A stretch of DNA of 64,000 nucleotides. Source: Thermoplasmata archaeon (GTDB lineage: Archaea > Thermoplasmatota > Thermoplasmata > Lutacidiplasmatales > UBA184). Positions 32,476 to 40,071 of the stretch are shown one piece after another; position 1 is the first letter of the stretch, and each line of letters starts with the position of its first letter. The notes beneath the pieces were generated by a model that did no database searches, was not told the DNA's origin, and saw only the letters and a list, made by a program, of their open reading frames with translations. A program made the position numbers and the translations under genes. Location: assembly GCA_052326445.1 (NCBI GenBank), contig JBKQNC010000007.1, positions 4,690-68,689 of the forward strand, given 5' to 3'.

Positions 32476-33804
32476 GTGGTCGATGCGACGACGGAGCTGA
32501 TCATCGGCCTCTTCCTCCTCGTCACCTGCTCCGTCATCGTCGGCGAGGTGTTCTCCCGCATCGGGAGCGTCGCCCTCGTGGGCCAGCTCCTGGTGGGGGT
32601 CGTCCTGGGCCCGAGCCTTCTCGCCCCCTACCTGGGTCTCACGACCGTCGCATCGTCGTTCTCCCCGCTCCTGACGCTGGCGACGTTCTTCATCCTCCTC
32701 ATGGCCGGCCTCTCGGTCAGCCCGGAGCAGGTCTGGAAAACGGGGCCTTCGGCGGCCCTGCTCGGGATCGCCATCTTCCTCGTCCCGTTCATCGCCGGCG
32801 CGGGGATCGTCCACCTCCTGCTCCCCCAGTACTCGAACACCACCGACCTGTTCGTGGCGCTGACGATCTCGATCACGGCGCTCCCAGTCCTGGCCATCAT
32901 GCTCCGCGAGTTCGGCATCATGCGGACCCGGTTCGGGACCTTCCTCCTGAACGCTTCGGTCATCAACGAACTCTGTGCCGTGACCGGGTTCGCCATCCTC
33001 CTCGCGGTCACGACGAGCGGGGAAGCGGCCCCCGTCGCGATCGCGACCTCCTGCGTGACGGTCGCCCTGTTCCTCACGACGATCCTCTCGATCCACATGG
33101 GGCTCCGGGTCCTCCGCCAGATCCGGATCTGGGACCGGGTCGTTCAGCGGTTCCGCTCGACCTGGCGCTCCCGCGAAGGCGGGTTCGCGGTCCTGATGGT
33201 CATCGGCCTCGGCTCGGCCCTGTACTCCCAGTTCCTCGGGCTGACGTTCCTCGTCGGGGCGTTCTACGCGGGACTCCTCATCACGCCGGAGAGCGCGGGG
33301 GTCCGGGAGCACCGCACGATCAGCTTCGTCTTCGAGGCGGTCACCTGGGGATTCTTCATTCCCCTGTTCTTCGCGCTGGTCGGGTTCGGCATGAACTTCC
33401 CCCTCATCCTGACCTCCTTCACCAACATCATCGCCTTCGCCCTCCTTTGCTCCTTCGCGCTCATCGCGAAGATACTGATCGGATCCGCCGTGACCCGCTC
33501 CCTTTCCTGGTCCGCGGAGGAGTCGATGGCCGCCGGTTGGCTCATGACGAGCCGGGGCGCGGTCGAGCTCGCCATGGCGGTCATCCTGCTCGACATCCAC
33601 GTCTTCGACGTCGCGCTCTACACGATCGTGGCGGGCGTGGGACTGATCACGACGATGGTCTCCCCCCTCGGGGCCAAGGGGTTCGTTCGGGCGATCACCC
33701 CCGGCCGTCGGGAACTCGAGGAGCCCAGCCGCCAGCCCCCGGTGGGAAGCTCCATCCCCTTCGCCGCCGACCCGCGTCCTATGGACGAGCGACCCATCCT
33801 CTGA
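32476..33804 (+). CDS. Cation:proton antiporter (CPA2 / Kef-type Na+/H+ exchanger family)
   Basis: 442 aa with about 12 TM segments. The N-terminus LFLLVTCSVIVGEVFSRIGSVALVGQLLVGVVLGPSLL is typical of the Na_H_Exchanger family. Confidence 0.85.
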   Translation: MVDATTELIIGLFLLVTCSVIVGEVFSRIGSVALVGQLLVGVVLGPSLLAPYLGLTTVASSFSPLLTLATFFILLMAGLSVSPEQVWKTGPSAALLGIAIFLVPFIAGAGIVHLLLPQYSNTTDLFVALTISITALPVLAIMLREFGIMRTRFGTFLLNASVINELCAVTGFAILLAVTTSGEAAPVAIATSCVTVALFLTTILSIHMGLRVLRQIRIWDRVVQRFRSTWRSREGGFAVLMVIGLGSALYSQFLGLTFLVGAFYAGLLITPESAGVREHRTISFVFEAVTWGFFIPLFFALVGFGMNFPLILTSFTNIIAFALLCSFALIAKILIGSAVTRSLSWSAEESMAAGWLMTSRGAVELAMAVILLDIHVFDVALYTIVAGVGLITTMVSPLGAKGFVRAITPGRRELEEPSRQPPVGSSIPFAADPRPMDERPIL

Positions 33805-33851
33805 CGGGTCGGCCCGGCACGGTTATCTGCCGCACCCGGTCGCCTCGCTCG

Positions 33852-34082
33852 ATGGCTGCTGGCCCCGGTGCGCCGCCCCCTCCCCCACCCCGACGGCGGG
33901 GACTTTCCAAGAACGCCCGGATCGGGCTCGGTCTCCTGTTCACCTTCGTCGGTCTCTTCCTGCTCTCGGTCCTGTTTCCCACCGCCCCCGGGGAGTTCGC
34001 CCGCCTGTTGCCGGTCGCCGCAGCCGGCATGACCCTCCTCTGGGTCGGAGGGATCCTGATGGGGATCGGGAGCCGGTCCTAG
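33852..34082 (+). CDS. Small membrane protein (2 TM), 76 aa
   Basis: From ATG 33852: MAAGPGAPPPPPPRRRGLSKNARIGLGLLFTFVGLFLLSVLF...AAGMTLLWVGGILMGIG. The upstream part of the track ORF lies out of frame inside the antiporter gene. Confidence 0.5.
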   Translation: MAAGPGAPPPPPPRRRGLSKNARIGLGLLFTFVGLFLLSVLFPTAPGEFARLLPVAAAGMTLLWVGGILMGIGSRS

Positions 34083-34089
34083 GCGGCCC

Positions 34090-34740
34090 ATGACGACCTC
34101 CCCCTGGCGCCTCGTCACCGTCGACATCGACGGCACGCTCACGACGACCCACGGGTGGCTCGAGATCGCCCGCCGGTTCGGCCGCGAAGCCGACTATTGG
34201 ACCCTCCTGAAGCGCTTCCGGGACGGGGAGATCGGGGAGGACGAGAACATCCGCTCGCTGCTCGAATTCGCCGAGGGACGGACGCTCCGGGAGGTCGAGG
34301 CCGTGATCGAGGCCACCCCCAAGATCGCCCACATCCCCGAAGGAGTGGCCGACCTGCGCGGCCAGGGGATCCACGTGGTCCTGCTGACCCACAACCCCCC
34401 CTACGTCTGCGGGTGGTACCGACGGTTCGCCGGGTTCGAGGACGCCGCGGGCCTCGAGGGCCGCCAGCCCGTGGGGGAGGTGATCGGCCGGGCCGAGGGG
34501 ATCCGGACCGACAAGGCGGGAGGCCTCGGGGCGCTTACCGAGCGATTCGGCGTCACCCCCTCCTCGGTCGTCCACGTCGGCGACGGAGGAGCCGATGCCG
34601 CCGTGTTTCCCCAGGTCGGCCGCGGGGTCGCGCTCAACGCCCATCTCCCCGAGGTCGAACGGGCGGCCGACCTCGTGCTCCGGAGCGACGACTTCCGGGC
34701 GGTCGCGGCGGCCGTCCTCGGCCTCGGTCCCCGAGAGTGA
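34090..34740 (+). CDS. HAD-superfamily hydrolase (subfamily IB, SerB-like)
   Basis: Motif I is VTVDIDGTLT, and the late motif is HVGDGGADAAVF. Confidence 0.8.
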   Translation: MTTSPWRLVTVDIDGTLTTTHGWLEIARRFGREADYWTLLKRFRDGEIGEDENIRSLLEFAEGRTLREVEAVIEATPKIAHIPEGVADLRGQGIHVVLLTHNPPYVCGWYRRFAGFEDAAGLEGRQPVGEVIGRAEGIRTDKAGGLGALTERFGVTPSSVVHVGDGGADAAVFPQVGRGVALNAHLPEVERAADLVLRSDDFRAVAAAVLGLGPRE

Positions 34741-34764
34741 ACGGTGCCCCGACGCCGTACCAGA

Positions 34765-34776
34765 TTTCTTATATCG
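34765..34776 (+). promoter_or_regulatory. TATA box TTTCTTATATCG
   Basis: It is centred about 31 nt upstream of ATG 34802, an AT-rich island in a GC-rich context. Confidence 0.5.
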
Positions 34777-34801
34777 ACGACCCCCTCCAATTCCTCGAGC
34801 G

Positions 34802-35392
34802 ATGGAGTACGTCGTCGTCTGGGCGTCGCACCCTTCCTGGTTGAGCCTCCAGTTGCCCCGGGAGGTCGCCCAGCTGATCGGGTACGTGCCCGAGGAGGGG
34901 ACCCACCGGGACACCAGCCGCAGCATCTCGTTCCTCGCCCGGGGTCCGAGGATCACCCGGGTCGTCGCGACGCATCCGGCCCGGGAGGTGCTCGCCGTCG
35001 AGACGGTGCGAAGCCGCCTGGTCGCCACGGCCCGTCCCGGGGACCGTCACGTCTTTGCGCTCCCGAACTCTTTGACCGACTACCTCGGCCTCCGGGTGGT
35101 CGGGCGGGGGCCCCGCGCGGGCCGGGGCACCGACGATGGGCTCGTCTGGTTCGTCCCGGCTCCCGAATACTACGAGTTCCACTCGACCCTGGACTCCAAG
35201 GGAGGCTGGAGCCAACCCTCGAACGCCCCGTTCGCTCACGTCTACCTCACCCAGTCGCTCTATCCCTTCCCAGAAGGCATGGCCGGGCTCGCCGAGCTCG
35301 AGGACCAGATCGAGGCGGAGTGGCGGCCCGCGGTCCGGGCGCTCCAGCGGGTCGGCCGGACCCCCCGAAAGAGCCCTGGAATGAGCCTGTGA
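34802..35392 (+). CDS. Hypothetical protein with two AbrB/SpoVT-like strand-turn motifs
   Basis: It starts at ATG 34802 (MEYVVVWASHP). The motifs LQLPREVAQLIGYV and FALPNSLTDYLGLRV resemble the xxIPkeireklgl motif of swapped-hairpin domains. This assignment is tentative. Confidence 0.55.
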   Translation: MEYVVVWASHPSWLSLQLPREVAQLIGYVPEEGTHRDTSRSISFLARGPRITRVVATHPAREVLAVETVRSRLVATARPGDRHVFALPNSLTDYLGLRVVGRGPRAGRGTDDGLVWFVPAPEYYEFHSTLDSKGGWSQPSNAPFAHVYLTQSLYPFPEGMAGLAELEDQIEAEWRPAVRALQRVGRTPRKSPGMSL

Positions 35393-35434
35393 CCAGGTCG
35401 GATAACTACGGAAATTACGGCGGATTTCCGAAGG

Positions 35435-35442
35435 TATTTATA
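35435..35442 (+). promoter_or_regulatory. TATA box TATTTATA
   Basis: This is a textbook archaeal TATA, centred about 28 nt upstream of ATG 35467. Confidence 0.55.
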
Positions 35443-35466
35443 CGGAAGGTTTGAATTGAATCGTTG

Positions 35467-36135
35467 ATGAGCGCAGGCGACGGCCCCAAGTCGAAGAGCA
35501 TGGGTAAGCCGTACACCCTGCGCAACCCGGTCCCCCTGCGGACCGCCGCCGACGTCACCACCACGCGTTCGGGGATTCCGACCGATGCGGTGCTGCAGGA
35601 TGTCAGCGGCCCGGTGGATTTCGATTCTCTCGCGAAGGCGATCCGCCGCTCGGTGGGCCATGAGGGGATGCGTCCGGAGGACGCCCGCTCGATCGCCGCC
35701 CACGTCCTGAACTTCTTCGGCTTCAACCAGCGGATCATCGACAACGTCCTCGAGCCGGACGACCGCGACACGTTCTACATGCTCGAGGACACGGGCATCC
35801 TCGAGACCGAGCGGGATGAGACCACCCTCTACGACGGCCGCGAGTGGCGCATCCACTACTGGATGTTCCGCAAGGACCGCATCTTCGACCTCGCCCGGGA
35901 AGAGTCCGAGGCGATGGCCGCGGCCGGTGAGACGGATGTCGTCTACTCCTCGAACGCCGCTCGGTCGGGGGCCTTCCTGCTTCCCCACGGGGAGCGGGGG
36001 ACGGGGCTCGCGGCCCACGCGGTCTACCACGAGTTGGGGGACGAGATCTGGCTCGAGCGCAAGCAGAACCCGATGCCCGCGCCCGCGACGACGCTGGTCC
36101 CGAAGGGGCGCCGCGCCTCCGCCCGCAAGCCGTAG
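35467..36135 (+). CDS. Conserved-looking hypothetical protein, 222 aa
   Basis: It has a strong coding bias. The distinctive core is FFGFNQRIIDNVLEPDDRDTFYMLEDTGILETERDETTLYDGREWRIHYW. I recognise no family. Confidence 0.6.
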   Translation: MSAGDGPKSKSMGKPYTLRNPVPLRTAADVTTTRSGIPTDAVLQDVSGPVDFDSLAKAIRRSVGHEGMRPEDARSIAAHVLNFFGFNQRIIDNVLEPDDRDTFYMLEDTGILETERDETTLYDGREWRIHYWMFRKDRIFDLAREESEAMAAAGETDVVYSSNAARSGAFLLPHGERGTGLAAHAVYHELGDEIWLERKQNPMPAPATTLVPKGRRASARKP

Positions 36136-36182
36136 ACCGGCCGTCCGAGAGCTTTAGGGGTTCCTGGCCTAGCGACCCCGCC

Positions 36183-36872
36183 GTGCGTCGGTTCCTCCTG
36201 CTGGCCCACAAGGTCCCCCCGAGCGGGGCGTTCACGCTGAACGACCTGGCTGGGGGTGCCGGGCGGATGGACGAGGTCGCCCGGGCCGTCTCGACCGCCT
36301 TCACCCTCTCGAACGACCTCCGCCGTGACACGGAGTTCTCCATCCTCTTCGTCGCCGAACCCCCGCCGGCCGCCCGCCGGATCGACATCGTCGGCGCCCG
36401 GGTCCGCTACCTGAATCCGGACGAGCGCTCGACCGCCGCCCTGCTCAAGAACGCCCTGGTCCGGTCGGTCGCCTTTCCGGGCGAGTTCGAGTCCTCCCCG
36501 GGGTTGCGGGTCGGCCCGGTCGAGCCTCGGGCCGCGCTCACCGCGTTCCTCGCCCTGCCGGGGGCCGTGTGGTGTACCGAGGACGGAGCCCCAATCGCCT
36601 CCTGGTCCTCTCCGGAAGGGGGGATCGCCGCGGTCGTTTCGGACCCGTACGACCCGACGGCGGAGGAGACCGCGCAACTCCGGGCGTCCGGCGTGCCCCG
36701 GCTCTCAGTGGGTCCTCGGAGCCTACGCTCCTCCCAGGTCATCGACCTGGTTCACGCGGAACTCGACCGTCGGGCCCCGCCCGAAACAGCGGCCGTCGCG
36801 CTTACCGAGCCAGCAGCGGAAGCGGACCCTTCGAACGGGTCGTCAGCGCATCGCGCACCGTCCGGGTCTTGA
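36183..36872 (+). CDS. trmY: tRNA (pseudouridine54-N1)-methyltransferase TrmY (SPOUT, DUF358)
   Basis: DLAGGAGRMDEVARAVSTAFTLSNDLRRDTEF and LNPDERSTAALLKNAL parallel the M. jannaschii TrmY motifs as I remember them. The C-terminal tail overlaps ftsZ by 71 nt. Confidence 0.7.
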   Translation: MRRFLLLAHKVPPSGAFTLNDLAGGAGRMDEVARAVSTAFTLSNDLRRDTEFSILFVAEPPPAARRIDIVGARVRYLNPDERSTAALLKNALVRSVAFPGEFESSPGLRVGPVEPRAALTAFLALPGAVWCTEDGAPIASWSSPEGGIAAVVSDPYDPTAEETAQLRASGVPRLSVGPRSLRSSQVIDLVHAELDRRAPPETAAVALTEPAAEADPSNGSSAHRAPSGS

Positions 36873-37830
36873 GCCCGCCGAGGACCGCCGTCAGGCGGAC
36901 GACCTCGCGGGGCTCGGGCCGGACCCGAGTGCCGAACACGAGCTGGTCGGGCTCGCCGAGGCGCTGCCGCACGGCATACAGCACCTTGTCGAGGGTGCCG
37001 AGGGTCATGTTCGAGCCGCCGTCCAAGTGGATCAGGGCCGAGGCCCGCGCGGAGAGATGGAAATCGAGCAGGCTCTCGCTGAGGGCGGCGTGGACGACCC
37101 GTTCGGGCTCCGAAACGTGGTACTCCCCGACGATCAGGGTGGAGAGGCCGGACGAACGAAGGTGGTTCTTGAGGCTCGAGAGGTCGACCGAGATCTGCGA
37201 CGGGTTCTCGACCATGTCGACGAGGCTGGTCACGAGGGAGTGGAGGTAGGCGTTCCGGACCTGGAAGACCCGGTGGATCGGCAGCGACTGGAACCGGCGC
37301 AGCTTCTCGTTGGCGAGCGCGACGAGGAGCCCTCCCATCGCCTCGAGCTCGTCGACCGTCGCATGGACGTTCTCGCGGCGGCTCGAATTCGAGTCCAGTT
37401 CGACGTGGAAGGGGAGGAAGACCACGGGGATGGCAAGGGTCTCGGTCTCCCGGAGCTCGCGGGAGAGGAAGGGCAGGAGTGCGCTCCCCGTGCCCCCGCC
37501 GAGCCCGGCGAGGAGGAAGACGATCTCGAAGGGTCGCAGACGGCGGAGGAGCTCCTCCTTCCCGTCCTCGGCGGCGCGCAGGACGATCGCCCGGTCCCCG
37601 CCGCTCCCCCGGCCCCGGAGCTCCCGCTGGCCGAGGAGGATCTTTTCCTCGACCCCGGTGGCCATGAGGTGCTTCGCGTCGGTGTTGACGGCGAGGGCAT
37701 GAACGCCGGGGATTCCGAGGCTGAGCAGGTCCTGGACCGCCTCGCTGCCGGCCCCTCCGAGGCCGACGACCGCGACGGACGGCGTGGCGGCGAGCGACGC
37801 CCACGACTCGACCGACGAATCGTCCGTCAT
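36802..37830 (-). CDS. ftsZ: FtsZ/tubulin-family protein (divergent FtsZ2-like paralog)
   Basis: It is collinear with FtsZ: VVGLGGAGSEAV, NTDAKHL, GRGSGGDR (T4), and AGLGGGTGSALLP (tubulin signature with the last G replaced by A). The T7-loop region reads ISVDLSS instead of NxDFAD. Confidence 0.8.
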   Translation of the reverse strand: MTDDSSVESWASLAATPSVAVVGLGGAGSEAVQDLLSLGIPGVHALAVNTDAKHLMATGVEEKILLGQRELRGRGSGGDRAIVLRAAEDGKEELLRRLRPFEIVFLLAGLGGGTGSALLPFLSRELRETETLAIPVVFLPFHVELDSNSSRRENVHATVDELEAMGGLLVALANEKLRRFQSLPIHRVFQVRNAYLHSLVTSLVDMVENPSQISVDLSSLKNHLRSSGLSTLIVGEYHVSEPERVVHAALSESLLDFHLSARASALIHLDGGSNMTLGTLDKVLYAVRQRLGEPDQLVFGTRVRPEPREVVRLTAVLGGLKTRTVRDALTTRSKGPLPLLAR

Positions 37831-37846
37831 CGGCTCCCCGTGCCCT

Positions 37847-38209
37847 CTAGGGCGGAGGGGAGCCCTCCGCGGCGAGCGCCTCTCCCTCGCGACGGTGCGG
37901 CCGCGTCGCGCCGAACTGCTCGAGCCGGCCCCGAATGTACTCCCGGACCGCCGAGCGGACGGCGTCGTCGACGCTCACCGAGTTGCCCTCGCGCACGAAG
38001 GCTTCGAGACGGCTGTTGTCCTGGCGCGAGAGCTCCACCACCACTTTGCGGACATTCTGCGGCGGAAGGTGGAACTCGATGTACTGTTCGAGTCCTTCGC
38101 GGATCGTGTCGGAGATCGTGGGCGAGCCCTTGACCTCCTGGATCTGCTTGAGCTTCTCGATGAGCTCCTGCGGAATCCTCACGGTCACTCGCTCGGAAGT
38201 GTCGACCAT
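37847..38209 (-). CDS. Tandem ribbon-helix-helix (CopG) protein, CdrS/CdrL-like, upstream of ftsZ
   Basis: It has two RHH units (VTVRIPQELIEKLKQ...TIREGLEQYI and VVVELSRQDNSRLEAFV...AVRSAVREYI). It ends 16 nt before the ftsZ start. ATG 38251 is an alternative start. Confidence 0.75.
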   Translation of the reverse strand: MVDTSERVTVRIPQELIEKLKQIQEVKGSPTISDTIREGLEQYIEFHLPPQNVRKVVVELSRQDNSRLEAFVREGNSVSVDDAVRSAVREYIRGRLEQFGATRPHRREGEALAAEGSPPP

Positions 38210-38211
38210 GC

Positions 38212-38264
38212 TCGTCAGACAAGACCCCCATCTTTGTCTGACGATTGACATATTCCACTAGTGG
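38212..38264. promoter_or_regulatory. Candidate operators: 11-bp inverted repeat TCGTCAGACAA-N11-TTGTCTGACGA and palindrome CCACTAGTGG
   Basis: Read directly from the sequence (38212-38222 / 38234-38244, and 38255-38264). They lie between a TTTTCAAATA TATA-like box (minus strand, 38265-38274) and the RHH gene start. Confidence 0.45.
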
Positions 38265-38424
38265 TATTTGAAAACAGGAGGTCGTGATGTCACGAGGATC
38301 CAGCACCCCCACTCCCTCACGCGGCAACCTCCGCGCCCGGGCCGGTGAGCGGAAGCGGGGCGGGCCGGGGTCCGGGGATCAGGGGTAGCACATTTCTCGG
38401 GCGGATCGATAGCCGTCGGGGCCC

Positions 38425-39027
38425 ATGGTATCCAATCCACGGTCCCGGAGGTCGATCCGTCGATGTATCTGGTCGGAGAGCGACCCTCTCCTCCGTGCCT
38501 ACCACGATGAGGAATGGGGCGTTCCGGAGCACGACGGCCGCAAGCTCTGGGAGAAGCTCATGCTCGACGGATTCCAGGCCGGACTTTCCTGGATCACCAT
38601 CCTTCGGAAGCGAGAGGCCTTCCGACGCGCGTTCCGGGAGTTCCGCCCGCACGAGGTCGCCCAGTTCGGCGCGACCGACGTGACGCGACTCCTCGGCGAC
38701 GCGGGGATCGTGCGGTCGCGGAGGAAGATCGAAGCGACCATCGCGGGCGCGCGGGTCTATCTCGCGATGGAGGCCGCCGGGGACGATTTCGCCCCGTACG
38801 TCTGGAGATTCGTGGGCGGCCGGCCGATCCAGAATCCCGGGCCGATCCCGGCGAAGACCCCCCTCTCGGAGGAGATCTCGCACGAATTGAAGAAGCTCGG
38901 TTTCCGGTTTGTCGGGCCGGTGATCGTCTATGCGTGGATGCAAGCCACCGGTCTCGTGAACGACCATGCTCGGGATTGCTTCCGACGCGCCGTGGTACGG
39001 GACCTGGGACGCCTCCCCTATCCGTAG
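38425..39027 (+). CDS. tag: DNA-3-methyladenine glycosylase I
   Basis: Matches: RCIWSESDPLLRAYHDEEWGVP, FQAGLSWITIL, and GLVNDHARDCF (Tag zinc-snap region). Confidence 0.9.
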   Translation: MVSNPRSRRSIRRCIWSESDPLLRAYHDEEWGVPEHDGRKLWEKLMLDGFQAGLSWITILRKREAFRRAFREFRPHEVAQFGATDVTRLLGDAGIVRSRRKIEATIAGARVYLAMEAAGDDFAPYVWRFVGGRPIQNPGPIPAKTPLSEEISHELKKLGFRFVGPVIVYAWMQATGLVNDHARDCFRRAVVRDLGRLPYP

Positions 39028-39074
39028 GGGCGTCGGGATACTCTCGACTCGCCGGCCTCGTTCGACGAGGCCAA

Positions 39075-40070
39075 GTGGAGGGCCGGTCTTCCTCCGTCGT
39101 GAATTCCGCCCCAACTCCGGGGGAGCTCCTCCCTCTGTCGGCGAACCTCGAGGCCGCGGTCGCTCTCGTTTCGGCCGCGATCGTCGAAGCGTCCCGCCAC
39201 ACGAAGCCCGTTCAGGACCCTCGCCCATTGACCGACCGCGTCGCGAAGCTGCTGCGTGCGGGGGGTGGGCAGGGCCGCCTCTACCGAATCGACGAATCCG
39301 TGTCGGGGGTCGCGATCTGGGAATCGGACTCACCGACCGGGTTCCAAGTGCACAAGATCTACCTTCGACCCCCGTCGAATTCGGCCGCGGACTACCGTGG
39401 CTTTCTTCAGCGGATCGAGGCGGAGTGCGGTCCCATCGCCCTCCTTCCGGGACACCTCGCGGGCGTGACTCCGGAGGCCGAGGCCGTGCTGATGCGCGCC
39501 CTCCACTTCGCCCCATTTGGCCGGTCGGAGATGCGATTTCCCCCCGGGACGCCCCTCCCGGACCCCCGGGAGGTCCCCGGCGTCCATCTCCGAACCGTGC
39601 GGGCCGAGGACGAAGCGAGCCTGGCCGCCCTGCACGCAGCCGCGTTCGGCACCAAGTTCGACTACTACCTGTTCCAGATGGACGTCGACCCGGTCCGCGA
39701 CAGCGTCCTGGCCCTGCGCGACATGATCGGCGGGCGCTACGGCGAGTTCCTCTCGTGGGCCTCGTTCGTCGCCGAAGGGGACGACGGAAGCCTCCGGGGC
39801 GGGTGTCTCTTCGTCCGCGCTCCCTACGGTCCCCTGCTCGTGAGCGTCTTCGTGGACCCCTCGGCCCACGGTCGCGGGATCGGTCGGGCCCTCGTGGTGT
39901 CGTCCCTCCGTGTCCTTGGGGAGCGGGGCGAGTCGGTCATCGCCCTCAACGTGACCGAAGGGAATCGACGGGCCATCGCGCTCTATGCGCGGCTCGGGTT
40001 CGTTCGCCACCTCGGCCCCGACTTCGATTGGTACTCGACCGTCCGGGTGCCGGTGTCTCCCGAAGAGTAG
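39075..40070 (+). CDS. GNAT-family N-acetyltransferase (two-lobed)
   Basis: The C-terminal acetyl-CoA motif is VFVDPSAHGRGIGRALV...NRRAIALYARLGF. The start is uncertain (GTG 39075 or 39099). The 5' part of the 518-aa track ORF overlaps tag out of frame. Confidence 0.75.
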   Translation: MEGRSSSVVNSAPTPGELLPLSANLEAAVALVSAAIVEASRHTKPVQDPRPLTDRVAKLLRAGGGQGRLYRIDESVSGVAIWESDSPTGFQVHKIYLRPPSNSAADYRGFLQRIEAECGPIALLPGHLAGVTPEAEAVLMRALHFAPFGRSEMRFPPGTPLPDPREVPGVHLRTVRAEDEASLAALHAAAFGTKFDYYLFQMDVDPVRDSVLALRDMIGGRYGEFLSWASFVAEGDDGSLRGGCLFVRAPYGPLLVSVFVDPSAHGRGIGRALVVSSLRVLGERGESVIALNVTEGNRRAIALYARLGFVRHLGPDFDWYSTVRVPVSPEE

Positions 40071-40071
40071 G

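Noticed and set aside
31768-33600. 610-aa minus-strand ORF opposite the CPA2 antiporter
   Set aside because: It is a shadow ORF. Only its 3'-proximal neighbour in another frame (the SWIM protein, 31785..32324) has motif and promoter support.
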